Assembly: GCA_964567855.1 (NCBI GenBank)
Contig: CAZMOE010000003.1
Coordinates: forward strand, 64,622 to 128,621
Source of the DNA: an uncultured Prevotellaceae bacterium
GTDB taxonomy: Bacteria > Bacteroidota > Bacteroidia > Bacteroidales > UBA3663
Direction of reading: 5' to 3'
Length of the DNA stretch: 64,000 nt
Position 1 is the stretch's first letter. Every line of letters starts with the position of its first letter. The notes below the pieces were generated by a model. It was not told the origin of the DNA, did no database searches, and saw only the letters and a list, made by a program, of their open reading frames with translations. Positions 20,145 through 30,479 of the stretch are shown here, in pieces. The position numbers and the translations under genes are program-made.

Positions 20145-20841
20145 ATCCTGTTATTCGACAATTAAATATAGTTCCGATTCCGACGTAAGAAAACAAACCT
20201 TTCACCCAATAAGTTTTCTTAAGTCCGGAAAAGCCGCAAATAAAATCCTTTATTCTACGCTACAGACGACAAAATCTGAAAACAACATTCATTCCCGCCT
20301 CCTGTATAATCGACAGAATATCCCGACCATTCCTGCATCCGGGCCCGAAAGGCCGCAGACCAAACATATATTTCCACATCCCTCTTCATATGAGAATAAA
20401 ATGTCTTTTCTAATATCTCCCGCTCCAACAATCCGGGTCAAGTCCCATCAGGTATGAAAGTATCTTCATTTTTCGCTCTCCCCGCTTCAGATACACCCGA
20501 TGCCGTCTCATCCGACGAGGACAGACCCTCCGATATTGAAAAAGGCGATATTATTTTCCGCCTCTTCCGACATCCTTATACAACAACATAAAAGAGAGAG
20601 AACCGGAATGTCGGCAAGGCAGTGAGGAATGGTCGGGATGCAACGGCCGGCGGCAATTGCACATCTATCGAACACGTATGTTTCATGGTTGATTGTCATA
20701 TTTTGTTTTCTTCCCTTATCTTCGGGTGCAAAAGTAGCTTTTTTTGTTAATTCTCCCTAATCCAATACTTTTTATTTGGTAATAACAAGCTTTTTTGTTT
20801 TAATATTAGAACCGGAAACGGAATAGGCAACCGACATTCCC

Positions 20842-20890
20842 GAAAACAAAATATCCCTGTCCGAAACCTTAAAGCGGACAGGGATATTTT
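20842..20890 (-). terminator. Intrinsic terminator of the pflBA operon
   Basis: On the minus strand: AAAATATCCCTGTCCG, an 11-nt loop, CGGACAGGGATATTTT, then GTTTTCG. It starts 3 nt after the pflA stop. Confidence 0.85.
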
Positions 20891-20892
20891 CG

Positions 20893-21645
20893 TCACTGGC
20901 GGAACCATCCTTCATAACGTTGCCGCAGTTCATTTATCCGTTCAGACGATAAAGGCGCCACACCCTCCAACGGGTAAGGCAGATTCAGCTCCTCATATTT
21001 ATAAACCCCCATCGTGTGATAAGGCAACCACTCAATACGGTCGATACAGCGATAGGATTTCAGATAATCCATCATCTCTGCAATACTGTCATCGTCATCT
21101 GTCAGCCCCGGCACGACAACATGCCGTATCCACACGGTCGTTCCACGCCGTTCCGCCTCCTCCAGAAATGCCAGCGCATTACGGCCGTCGCTGCCACACA
21201 CCCGTCTGCATAATTCCGTGCGGAAAGCCTTAATATCCAACAAAACAAGGTCTGTAAAATCCAAAACGCCAAGCGTTTTCTCCGTAACAATGGATCCAGC
21301 CGTATCGAGCGCGGTATGGATTCCCTCCTCACGGCACAGACGGAAGTACTCGCGGCAAAAAGAGGCCTGCATCAAAGGTTCGCCACCCGTAAGGGTAACG
21401 CCGCCTCGGGCAATAAAGCTTTTGTAGCGCAAAGCCTCGGACAGGAGCTGCTGCGGAGTGTATTCATAACGTCCCGGCCGGGTGGCGTCCCATGTATCCG
21501 GGTTATGACAATAGCTACAGCGTAACGGGCATCCCTGCAAGAATGCTACAAAACGAATTCCGGGACCGTCTACGGTCCCGAAACTCTCTATAGAATGTAT
21601 TTTGCCCGTCAGCAGGGGCCCATGCGATGCTGTCATCTGCTTCAC
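20893..21645 (-). CDS. pflA: Pyruvate formate-lyase activating enzyme (radical SAM)
   Basis: 250 aa. CxxxCxxC motif [25 protein letters not shown]. Overlaps the pflB stop by 4 nt. Confidence 0.93.
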   Translation of the reverse strand: MKQMTASHGPLLTGKIHSIESFGTVDGPGIRFVAFLQGCPLRCSYCHNPDTWDATRPGRYEYTPQQLLSEALRYKSFIARGGVTLTGGEPLMQASFCREYFRLCREEGIHTALDTAGSIVTEKTLGVLDFTDLVLLDIKAFRTELCRRVCGSDGRNALAFLEEAERRGTTVWIRHVVVPGLTDDDDSIAEMMDYLKSYRCIDRIEWLPYHTMGVYKYEELNLPYPLEGVAPLSSERINELRQRYEGWFRQ

Positions 21646-23882
21646 AGCGACTGGTTAATGGTTCGGGAGATAACATCCAGCTGTTGCTCGCGCGTGAGCT
21701 TGACAAAGTTAACCGCATAGCCGGAAACACGAATCGTGAGCTGGGGATATTTCTCAGGATGGTCCATCGCGTCGATAAGCAAATCCCTGTCGAACACGTT
21801 GACATTGAGATGCTGGCCTCCGGTAGGAGTAAAATAACCGTCCAAAAGCGCCACAAGATTGTCGATCTGCACTTCCTTTTCCTTGCCAAGCGTAGCGGGA
21901 GAAATGGCAAAGGTATAAGAGATACCGTCATGAGCATGCTCGAACGGTAATTTGGCTACCGACGACAAAGCGGCCACAGCGCCCTTCACGTCACGACCGT
22001 TCATCGGGTTGGCACCCGGTGCAAACGGCGTGCCGCCCTGGCGGCCGTCAGGGGTAGTGCCGGTTTTCTTGCCATAAACGACGTTGCTGGTAATGGTAAG
22101 GATAGACTGGGTAGGGATAGCATTGCGATAGGTCTCATGCTGCCGCAGATAGTCCATGAACTTGGTGGTAATTTCGACAGCGATGCTATCGGTATTGTCA
22201 TCATTATTACCGAAGGGGATGTAATCACCTTCACGCTCGAAGTCTACGGCCAAGCCGCGCTCGTCGCGGATCACCTTCACACGGCAATCGCGGATCGCAG
22301 CCAAAGAGTCGGCCACAATAGAAAGACCGGCGATACCCGTGGCACGGATACGCTGCACATCCCCGTCATGAAGCGCCATTTCATAGGCTTCATAGTCATA
22401 CTTATCGTGCATGTAGTGGATGATCTTCAGTGCGTTCACATAGACTTTAGCCAGCCAACGCATCATCTGCTCGTATTTCTTCATCACATCCTCATAATCG
22501 AGGTAATCACCCGTTACGGGCTCGAAACACGGAGCCACCTGCACGCCGGTACGCTCATCGCGGCCGCCGTTGATAGCATAGAGCAAGCATTTAGCCAGAT
22601 TGGCACGGGCGCCAAAGAACTGCATCTGCTTGCCGATCTTCATCGGAGACACACAGCAGGCAATGCCGTAATCATCACCATAGTCTACGCGCATCAAATC
22701 GTCATTTTCGTACTGAATAGCCGAAGTATGGATGGAAACCCGGGCGCAGAAACGTTTCCAGCTTTCCGGTAAGGCGGCAGACCACAGCACGGTAAGGTTA
22801 GGTTCGGGCGCGGGACCCAAATTGTACAGCGTCTGAAGATAACGGAAGCAAGTCCTGGTCACCAACGTACGGCCGTCGATACCCATACCGCCCAAAGACT
22901 CGGTCACCCATACCGGATCGCCGGAAAACAGATCATTGTATTCGGGTGTACGCAAAAAGCGGACGATACGCAGCTTGATGATCATCTGATCGACCAGCTC
23001 CTGAGCCTCGTCTTCCGTCAGCTTGCCTTCCCGGATATCCTTTTCGATATAAATATCCAGGAACGTAGCGGTACGGCCGATGGACATGGCGGCGCCGTCC
23101 TGATCCTTGACTGCCGCCAGATAGGCCAGATAAACAAACTGTACCGCTTCACGGGCATCTTTGGCCGGGCGGGTGACATCGAAGCCATAACCGGCGCACA
23201 TCTGCTCGAAATCCTGAAGGGCACGAATCTGTTCAGTCACCTCTTCCCGGCTGCGGATGGTCTCCTCACTCAGTTCCTGAATATCCAGCCGGCGCCGGAA
23301 ATTTTTCTTGTCCTCGATCAGGATCGCCGTACCATAGAGGGCCACGCGACGATAGTCACCGATGATACGGCCGCGGCCGTAAGCGTCCGGAAGACCGGTA
23401 ATGATGGCGGAACGGCGGGCGGCAAGCATTTCGTCGGTATAGGCGGAGAAAACTCCTTCGTTGTGGGTTTTCCGATACTTAGTGAAAATGAGTTTCGTCA
23501 TCGGATCGAGCTCGTACCCGTAAGACATCAGGCTGTTTTCCACCATGCGGATACCTCCCTTCGGGAAGATACCCCGTTTCAGCGGCGCATCGGTCTGCAA
23601 ACCTACAATGACTTCGTTTTCCTTATCGATATAACCGGGGCCATAGGTTGTGATACTCTGCGGCTTGGAGGTTTCGGCATCATAAACGCCCTTTTCCCTC
23701 TCTACCTTAAACATTTCGGTCAGCTTATCCCATACTTTCCGGGTCTTCTCGGAAGAGGGGCGCAAGAAAGAATCATCACCCTCATAGGGCGTGTAATTAT
23801 TCTGAATGAAGTCACGCACGTTGATCTCCGTCCGCCACAAATCGCCCTTGAAGCCGGCCCAGCTGTCGTTGTTAAAATCCAT
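21642..23882 (-). CDS. pflB: Formate C-acetyltransferase (pyruvate formate-lyase)
   Basis: 746 aa. Glycyl-radical motif RVSGYAVNF near the C-terminus, an active-site CCVS block, and overall PFL-like sequence. Confidence 0.96.
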   Translation of the reverse strand: MDFNNDSWAGFKGDLWRTEINVRDFIQNNYTPYEGDDSFLRPSSEKTRKVWDKLTEMFKVEREKGVYDAETSKPQSITTYGPGYIDKENEVIVGLQTDAPLKRGIFPKGGIRMVENSLMSYGYELDPMTKLIFTKYRKTHNEGVFSAYTDEMLAARRSAIITGLPDAYGRGRIIGDYRRVALYGTAILIEDKKNFRRRLDIQELSEETIRSREEVTEQIRALQDFEQMCAGYGFDVTRPAKDAREAVQFVYLAYLAAVKDQDGAAMSIGRTATFLDIYIEKDIREGKLTEDEAQELVDQMIIKLRIVRFLRTPEYNDLFSGDPVWVTESLGGMGIDGRTLVTRTCFRYLQTLYNLGPAPEPNLTVLWSAALPESWKRFCARVSIHTSAIQYENDDLMRVDYGDDYGIACCVSPMKIGKQMQFFGARANLAKCLLYAINGGRDERTGVQVAPCFEPVTGDYLDYEDVMKKYEQMMRWLAKVYVNALKIIHYMHDKYDYEAYEMALHDGDVQRIRATGIAGLSIVADSLAAIRDCRVKVIRDERGLAVDFEREGDYIPFGNNDDNTDSIAVEITTKFMDYLRQHETYRNAIPTQSILTITSNVVYGKKTGTTPDGRQGGTPFAPGANPMNGRDVKGAVAALSSVAKLPFEHAHDGISYTFAISPATLGKEKEVQIDNLVALLDGYFTPTGGQHLNVNVFDRDLLIDAMDHPEKYPQLTIRVSGYAVNFVKLTREQQLDVISRTINQSL

Positions 23883-23922
23883 AATTCGTACCTTAAATAT
23901 GTGGGTGTTCTATTGAAAGGGA

Positions 23923-23930
23923 CAAAGATA
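23923..23930 (-). promoter_or_regulatory. Candidate -7 box for pflB
   Basis: The minus strand reads TATCTTTG about 40 nt upstream of the pflB ATG. No good -33 TTTG at canonical spacing. Confidence 0.35.
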
Positions 23931-24506
23931 GCCATAAATAGAAGGAACGCCAACATATCGCCTCCGATTTCAACTGCATCCACTGCCTTTTTCATGCCGG
24001 AGATATTTCGACATGGCATTTTGAGAAACTATATTAACCGACCTATATTCGGGCAAGTCGATAAAAGGTTATTTTTTCTCATGGAAGATTCCAAAAAACA
24101 AGTTCTGTTCATAATTGTAACCCCTCCGGCCGGCCAGTTACGACTTCGAAGCATCTCTTCCGCCATTCCCGTCCGCATCGGACAACCAGACATAAGATAT
24201 TTTCCGGTTCCCGCAAAGCAGGAACTGCCACTTATACCATAAACTCCATTCGCGCCATTTACGGAATCACTGCAAAGCCTACGGACAACAGCCGCCCCAT
24301 TATTTTTAGCACCTCTCATTGTCCATACTACGGTAAAAAAGCGGCATTAACCTCCACAGACGATCTTGACGAGGAAATATTTCTGCCGCCGGAAATTACA
24401 AATATCGCAGCCAGACATAAAAAGATTTTTTCTCCTCTATACTCCATTATCCAATAGTACCGATAAAACCCGGATAAAAGGATACTCATCTTCATCCCCA
24501 GTCAAA

Positions 24507-24538
24507 TTTGCGGATATTAGGTTAAAAACGTATCTTTG
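24507..24538 (+). promoter_or_regulatory. Bacteroidota sigma-A type promoter for the GH78 fusion gene
   Basis: TTTG (24507-24510), a 20-nt spacer, then TATCTTTG (24531-24538). The ORF-track TTG start (24536) lies inside it, which supports ATG 24587. Confidence 0.65.
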
Positions 24539-24586
24539 CGGCTGAAATTCACGGCGTCAGCCATCACAAACATCATTCACACCGAT

Positions 24587-27500
24587 ATGAAACATCGCCA
24601 TCTACTTGCACTCCTCGTTCTAAACGCCTCCGCACTACTGCTTCATGCCGCCCCCCGTCGTAAACAAGAGACACAACCGGCGGTCACCGCCATGACCGAT
24701 AATGTCAGCATTACCCGGCTGCGTGTCGAGGGCAGAGAGAATCCGCTTGGCCTCGACGTCGAAACACCCCGCTTCAGCTGGCAACTGGAAGGTTCCGTCA
24801 ATGACATACGGCAGACCGGATACCGCATTCTTGTGGCTTCCCATCCGGATTCGCTGAAAAACAATCGCGGAGATCTTTGGGACAGCGGCGATGTCAGCTC
24901 AGACCAGAACCTGTGGATTCCTTACAACGGCCGGCCGCTGACCTCAAACCGATATTGTTACTGGAAAGTCTGCGTCTCGACCAACCACGGCATCACACGC
25001 TGGAGCCGCCCGGCCCGCTGGAGTGCCGGCCTCTTGGGAGAAAGTCACTGGAAAGGACAATGGATCGGTTACGATCATGCTTTCTCCTGGGACGACGAAA
25101 GCACACACAGCCGCCTCAGCGCACGTTATTTCCGCAAAACTTTCGCAATCGGCAAAACGGTCAAGCGGGCCACACTGCATATTGCGGGACTCGGTCTCTA
25201 TGAAGCGTTCATCAATGGCAACCGCGTCGGCACCCAGGTTCTTGCCCCTGCCCCCACCGACTACCGTCGCTCGATCATTTACAACACCTATGATGTGACC
25301 GAACTGCTTCAGCCGGACGACAACTGCATTGCCGTCACTCTCGGCAACGGCCGTTTTTACACCATGCGACAACACTATAAGCCTTATAAAATCACCAATT
25401 TCGGCTATCCCAAACTGCGGGCCTGCCTCATCATCGAATTTGAAAACGGCCGCACCCAAACCGTTGCCACCGACACGTCGTGGAAAATGACCGCCGGAGG
25501 GCCTATCCGTAGCTCGAACGAATATGACGGCGAAATCTATGATGCCACCCGCGAGCCGCTTATGAAGGGCTGGACCACAGCCGGTTATCTGGACGACTTC
25601 TGGATGGATGCCGAACGAGTGAGCATTCCCGACGGCACCCTGACCGGAAATCTTACTCCTTCGATGGAGATCACCGACAGCCTGCGGCCGCAAAGCCTCA
25701 CTGCCATGCCCCGCCTCGACGACGACGATTTCGGCAATGGCAAAGGGCGTACGATTATCGACTTCGGGCAGAATTTTGCCGGCTGGATGCGTATCCGCGT
25801 TGAAGGCAAAGGTCAGAAAGGTGACACCATCCGTCTGCGCTTTGCCGAACGATTGACCGAAAAGGGAGAACTCTATACCGATAACCTGCGCGACGCCGAA
25901 GCGACCGATTATTATATCTGCCGCGGTGACGACCGCGGCACATGGGCGCCCCGATTTGTTACCCATGGGTTCCGCTACGCCGAAATAACGAATTACCCCA
26001 ATGCCAACGCGGACGATTTCATGGGTGAGGTCATCAGCGACCCCATGCAAAATACCGGCCGTTTCGAATGCGCCAACGACATGCTCAACCGTATTGTGAA
26101 AAACGCCTGGTGGGGAATCGTCAGCAACTATAAAGGCATGCCCGTCGACTGCCCGCAACGCAATGAACGGATGCCTTGGCTCGGCGATCGCGCCATGGGC
26201 TGCCTCGGAGAGAGTTTTCTGTTGAATAATGCCGCCCTATATGCCAAATGGCTGGACGATATAGAGCAAGCCCAACGGTCCGACGGGGTTATCCCAGACG
26301 TAGCACCGGCTTATTGGAATTATTATTCCGATAATGTATCGTGGCCCAGTGTTTTCATTTTCGGAGCAGAGATGCTCTACAGGCAATTTGGCGACATCGC
26401 CCCCATAGAACGCCATTACCCGGCCATGAAGAGATGGCTCGCCCATTTCGAGAAGGAGAAAATGAACAAGCAGGGCCTCATCACAGCCGACAAATACGGC
26501 GACTGGTGTGTGACTCCCGAATCGCCGGAATTAATACACAGCCAGGATCCTGATCGGAAGACCGAGGGGCCGCTCATTGCAACCGCTTATTATTACAGGT
26601 TGTTGCAGACCATGGACAATTTCGCCGATCTGCTTGCTATGCAGGCCTCGCCGCTACAGGCGACAGAGCTTCAAGCAGACCGGAAGCATTGGCAGGAATT
26701 GCGCGAACGGTTACAAGAGAGTTTCAACCGGCAATATCTGCACGTGAACGAGGGAACATCGCCTGCGCCACGCCATCTGCTCTACCCGGACAGCATCTAT
26801 TATGCCAATAATTCGGTGACAAGCAACCTGCTGCCCTTGGCATTCGGTATAGTGCCCGAAAAATACCGGGACGCCGTAGAACGGCAGATACTGAAGAAGA
26901 TCCTGTTGAAACCGGCCGACGGACACCTCTGTTGCGGCGTCATCGGCATCCAGTGGCTGATGAGAGAGCTCAGCCGCATGGGCCGCACTGACGTGGCTTA
27001 TCTACTTGCGACCAACAATACCTTTCCCAGCTGGGGATACATGATCGAAAACGGCGCTACAACCATCTGGGAATTATGGAATGGCGACACAGCGTCGCCT
27101 AAAATGAACAGCGGGAATCACGTTATGCTGTTAGGCGATCTGTTGCCCTGGTGCTTTGAAAATATCGGAGGCATCCAGGCCGCAGCACCCGCTTACAAAG
27201 AAATCCGGCTGGCCCCCAACTTCGAATTACAGGAACTTCCTCACGCAGATGTCAGCTACGACTGCCCCTATGGCCGAATCGGCAGCCATTGGAAGAAAAC
27301 CTTGCATCGACTTGACTGGGAAATAGAAATTCCGGCCAACACCTCCGCACGGATCGTTCTGCCCGCGAATGCGCGGATGAAAGAACTATTAATAACAAGC
27401 AATAACGGTGACGGAACAAACACCTTCCTCAACCTGCCTAAAACAAAAGCAAAGAAAAGAAAGGGCAAGCAGACCTCCGAAGACGAAGGAAGCCACAGTG

Positions 27501-28648
27501 TCACGCTTGGTTCCGGCAAATATCGCCTCTCCGTTCCGTTAGATCCGGCCATCGCCTCACGCAGTGCCGTTGCCCACGCTGCCGACGACAGCATCCGCAA
27601 CGACAGAAATGGCATTCTCAAAGATGAATTCATTTACGAGACTGCCCCTTTCCCCTCCTGCCATGCCGCAACGCTCGCAGAGTTACCGAACGGCGATCTG
27701 CTCTGTGCATTTTTCGGCGGCACGCGCGAAGCACATCCCGACGTCTGCATCTGGACGAGCAGAAAACGAAAATTAGCCGACGGCACAATGGAGGAAGGAT
27801 GGAGTGCACCCGTCATGGTGCAGGACGGGGTGCTGAATGACACTCTTCGCAAAGCCTGCTATAATCCGGTGCTCTATCAGGTACCGGACGGGGAATTGCT
27901 GCTCTTCTTCAAAATCGGTAGAAACGTAAAGGACTGGACCGGATACGTGATCCGCTCCACCGACAACGGACATACCTGGAGCAGCCGTGAACGCCTGCAG
28001 CCTTCGACCGCCGCATATACCGGCAAAGACGGGGAAACCCTGCCATTACCGGCCGACTCTTTGCTGGGAGCCATCAAAAACAAACCGGAATGGATCAACG
28101 GACGTATCCTTGCCCCCAGCAGCAAAGAGGCCGGAGGCTGGAGATGTTATGTAGAGATCTCCGATGACCATGGAAAAAGCTGGCGCTTAGCCGGTCCCGT
28201 CCCTCAGGATAAAAATATGCGTACGATACAGCCGTGTCTCCTCCGCCACAGGAACGGACGCCTCCAGATGCTCTGCCGTACCCGCAACGACAAAGTGGGC
28301 ACCACCTGGAGCAACGACGGAGGCGAAACCTGGTCGAAAATGGAGCTCATCGACGACCTTCCCAACAACAATTCCGGTCTTGATGCCGTCACTATGGCCG
28401 ATGGTACCCTCGCAGTAGTCTATAACGACTTCGCCTCCGTGCCGGGACCGGACAAACCCCGCCGGACACCTCTTAGCGTCGCAATCAGCAAGGATGGCAT
28501 TCACTGGCGACACGTCGCTACGCTCGAAGAATCTCCTATCGGCCAATATTCCTATCCCTGCATGATAGCAGGCAGCGACGGTACGTTGCATATCGCCTAT
28601 ACCTGGCGTCGGGAAAGAATGAAATACATCCAGCTGAAGATCCGATAA
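24587..28648 (+). CDS. Alpha-L-rhamnosidase (GH78) fused to a C-terminal BNR/sialidase-like beta-propeller
   Basis: Signal peptide MKHRHLLALLVLNASALLLHAAP. GH78 hallmarks are present (ITRLRVEGRENPLGLDVETPRFSWQL, VDCPQRNERMPWLGDRA). A K-rich linker (KTKAKKRKGKQ) follows. The last ~350 aa carry four Asp-boxes (STDNGHTWS, SDDHGKSWR, SNDGGETWS, SKDGIHWR). Confidence 0.85.
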   Translation: MKHRHLLALLVLNASALLLHAAPRRKQETQPAVTAMTDNVSITRLRVEGRENPLGLDVETPRFSWQLEGSVNDIRQTGYRILVASHPDSLKNNRGDLWDSGDVSSDQNLWIPYNGRPLTSNRYCYWKVCVSTNHGITRWSRPARWSAGLLGESHWKGQWIGYDHAFSWDDESTHSRLSARYFRKTFAIGKTVKRATLHIAGLGLYEAFINGNRVGTQVLAPAPTDYRRSIIYNTYDVTELLQPDDNCIAVTLGNGRFYTMRQHYKPYKITNFGYPKLRACLIIEFENGRTQTVATDTSWKMTAGGPIRSSNEYDGEIYDATREPLMKGWTTAGYLDDFWMDAERVSIPDGTLTGNLTPSMEITDSLRPQSLTAMPRLDDDDFGNGKGRTIIDFGQNFAGWMRIRVEGKGQKGDTIRLRFAERLTEKGELYTDNLRDAEATDYYICRGDDRGTWAPRFVTHGFRYAEITNYPNANADDFMGEVISDPMQNTGRFECANDMLNRIVKNAWWGIVSNYKGMPVDCPQRNERMPWLGDRAMGCLGESFLLNNAALYAKWLDDIEQAQRSDGVIPDVAPAYWNYYSDNVSWPSVFIFGAEMLYRQFGDIAPIERHYPAMKRWLAHFEKEKMNKQGLITADKYGDWCVTPESPELIHSQDPDRKTEGPLIATAYYYRLLQTMDNFADLLAMQASPLQATELQADRKHWQELRERLQESFNRQYLHVNEGTSPAPRHLLYPDSIYYANNSVTSNLLPLAFGIVPEKYRDAVERQILKKILLKPADGHLCCGVIGIQWLMRELSRMGRTDVAYLLATNNTFPSWGYMIENGATTIWELWNGDTASPKMNSGNHVMLLGDLLPWCFENIGGIQAAAPAYKEIRLAPNFELQELPHADVSYDCPYGRIGSHWKKTLHRLDWEIEIPANTSARIVLPANARMKELLITSNNGDGTNTFLNLPKTKAKKRKGKQTSEDEGSHSVTLGSGKYRLSVPLDPAIASRSAVAHAADDSIRNDRNGILKDEFIYETAPFPSCHAATLAELPNGDLLCAFFGGTREAHPDVCIWTSRKRKLADGTMEEGWSAPVMVQDGVLNDTLRKACYNPVLYQVPDGELLLFFKIGRNVKDWTGYVIRSTDNGHTWSSRERLQPSTAAYTGKDGETLPLPADSLLGAIKNKPEWINGRILAPSSKEAGGWRCYVEISDDHGKSWRLAGPVPQDKNMRTIQPCLLRHRNGRLQMLCRTRNDKVGTTWSNDGGETWSKMELIDDLPNNNSGLDAVTMADGTLAVVYNDFASVPGPDKPRRTPLSVAISKDGIHWRHVATLEESPIGQYSYPCMIAGSDGTLHIAYTWRRERMKYIQLKIR

Positions 28649-28681
28649 TCCGTTAAAGAGGGTTTTCTCAAAATATTTACA

Positions 28682-28689
28682 TATATTTG
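28682..28689 (+). promoter_or_regulatory. Candidate -7 box for the DUF3078 gene
   Basis: TATATTTG lies 47 nt upstream of ATG 28736. No canonical -33 element. Confidence 0.4.
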
Positions 28690-28735
28690 CACACAAATTA
28701 TTATAATTCATCACATTTTTAACATCATCTATCTA

Positions 28736-29698
28736 ATGAACATCAAAAAAACAATTGTTTCCGGCGTCGCTATGGCCGTTACTGCCGGAACGCTGATGGC
28801 CGAAACCCCGGCAGAGAACCATTGGAAGCTTTCCGGCAACGCTTCTATGCAGTTGACACAGGGTTACGTTTCCAGCAACTGGTATAAAGGCGGCGAAAGC
28901 AATCTCGCATTGCTGGCCAGCGGACAGTTTGACGCCAACTACAAACGCGGAGGTTTCGCCTGGGACAATAAACTGGAGGGGAAACTGGGTTTTGTGACCA
29001 CACCGTCCGACGAATACCACAACTACATGACCAATCACGACCTGCTGAAGTGGACGACCAAGTTCGGACTGGAAGCAGCCAACCACTGGTATTACACCAT
29101 CCAGGGTATAGGACAAACACAGTTCTGCCCAGGTTTCAAGTCGAACACAGAAGGGGAAATGTCCAAGTTCTTTTCTCCGGCCTACCTCAACGTAGCCATC
29201 GGTATGGACTATAAAAAAGAAACCGAGAACTTCAAAATCACTGCTTTCGTGGGTCCGTTGGCCTACAACCTCAAATTCGTCAGTGATCCGTTGCGGAATG
29301 CCGGCATTTACACCGACCAGGACAATATGCAGCTCATTGCTGTAAAAGGAAAGATCGACGGAACTCAGTTCGGTTTGAAATACGGACAATTCAACACCTA
29401 CGATTACGGTGCGAGCGCCAAGGTAAACACCGTGTGGAAGATTTGCAAATATGTGAAGTGGGAATCTGTGGCCACCTATTACTCCCCTCTCTATGGATGG
29501 GGCAAAAAGCATGCCAAGGGCTACACCGAAGTGCAGTGGGAGAATACGTTCGACATGCCGCTCAACAAATATTTCTCTACGAAACTCTATACCTGCCTCC
29601 GTTTCGACGACAGTGTAGGTCCGGACAATAAAGGCGCCGGCTGGGATTATTTCCAGTTCAGTGAATTGCTGAGCTTCGGTATCAGCTACAATTGGTAA
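28736..29698 (+). CDS. DUF3078 family outer-membrane beta-barrel protein
   Basis: 320 aa with a signal peptide. The N-terminal block WKLSGNASMQLTQGYVSSNWYKGGESNLALLASG is characteristic of DUF3078. Alternating beta-strand pattern and a C-terminal aromatic residue. Confidence 0.75.
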   Translation: MNIKKTIVSGVAMAVTAGTLMAETPAENHWKLSGNASMQLTQGYVSSNWYKGGESNLALLASGQFDANYKRGGFAWDNKLEGKLGFVTTPSDEYHNYMTNHDLLKWTTKFGLEAANHWYYTIQGIGQTQFCPGFKSNTEGEMSKFFSPAYLNVAIGMDYKKETENFKITAFVGPLAYNLKFVSDPLRNAGIYTDQDNMQLIAVKGKIDGTQFGLKYGQFNTYDYGASAKVNTVWKICKYVKWESVATYYSPLYGWGKKHAKGYTEVQWENTFDMPLNKYFSTKLYTCLRFDDSVGPDNKGAGWDYFQFSELLSFGISYNW

Positions 29699-29726
29699 GC
29701 GTAATATTACACCGGAAATTTCCTAT

Positions 29727-29772
29727 AAATGGGGCTTTTTACCTAAAATAAGAGTGAAAAAGCCCCATTTTT
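29727..29772 (+). terminator. Intrinsic terminator after the DUF3078 gene
   Basis: AAATGGGGCTTTTT (29727-29740) pairs with AAAAAGCCCCATTT (29757-29770), followed by TT. The loop is 16 nt. Confidence 0.6.
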
Positions 29773-29834
29773 GGACCAAAAACATGTAATATTAATTAAT
29801 TTCTGCACAAAAAACAACTTTTTCTTTCAAAAAA

Positions 29835-29866
29835 TTTGAAGGATATTTGAAAACTCTTTACATTTG
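29835..29866 (+). promoter_or_regulatory. Orphan Bacteroidota-type promoter driving the candidate small RNA
   Basis: TTTG (29835-29838), a 20-nt spacer, then TACATTTG (29859-29866). No annotated protein gene lies downstream on this strand. Confidence 0.55.
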
Positions 29867-29871
29867 CAGTG

Positions 29872-29946
29872 TGAGTAATTCCACAAAACTTCATAAAATG
29901 AGAGAAAAGATATGGGTCGCTGTGAAGCGTCCCATATCTGTTTTAT
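29872..29946 (+). ncRNA. Candidate small RNA or micro-ORF transcription unit (~75 nt)
   Basis: The predicted TSS is just after the -7 box. The 3' end is set by the hairpin AGATATGGGTCGC / GCGTCCCATATCT (29908-29939, one mismatch) followed by GTTTTAT. It contains a 16-codon ORF (ATG 29898, MREKIWVAVKRPISVL). Confidence 0.4.
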
Positions 29947-30254
29947 AACACGATCTGTAAAGTCCGTTCATTTTTCAGGCATCCGGCACCTCCTTTATCT
30001 GAAAAGACAGAAAATTTTCCGGAAATAGCTCTTCGACCCTTTTTAATGCTTCCGTCAATTTTTTTACGCCCGCCATGCTTCAATTTACCCTATCCCTGCT
30101 GACAAGAACCATCTCCCATAAAACAGAAGGCAGGAAAATCCCGCGCCGACCGTATATACACTCCCATGATTCCGCTTCCGTCATTCAGGGAGAGAACACA
30201 GACAATATACACAGGCATCGCAGGAAAAAATAAAAGAGTACTCTCAATATGAAA

Positions 30255-30290
30255 GGCGCGGCAGCCGTTTTATCAACGGACTGCCGCGCC
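30255..30290 (-). terminator. Strong hairpin about 190 nt downstream of glnN (probable terminator)
   Basis: GGCGCGGCAG...CTGCCGCGCC plus an inner CCGTT/AACGG stem. On the minus strand it is followed by TTTCATATTG...TTTTATTTTTT. Confidence 0.5.
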
Positions 30291-30479
30291 ATAGGGAACG
30301 GTAAATTCCAAGCGGCCGAAACGACCCTGGTACGATGATCTCCTCTGTCAAACGTTTCTGCCAACGTCTATACAGACGGAGAAAATTCCCGGACATATTC
30401 CGGATGATCCGCCAGACCGAGAACCGGCTTCCTTATGAAAGCGACCTGTTCAAAGCCCGACCTGGCATCATAATGACTC

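Noticed and set aside
23931-24506. About 575-bp divergent intergenic region between pflB and the GH78 gene, with 96-aa and longer ORFs
   Set aside because: The ORFs have implausible composition and no start signals. I could not find repeats or stable hairpins. It was left as promoter and regulatory spacer, with nothing specific to report.
24944-26158. 404-aa ORF antisense to the GH78 gene
   Set aside because: Shadow ORF of a well-supported gene with no recognisable motifs.
28733-29512. 259-aa ORF antisense to the DUF3078 gene
   Set aside because: The plus-strand frame has a signal peptide and the DUF3078 signature. The antisense frame has none.
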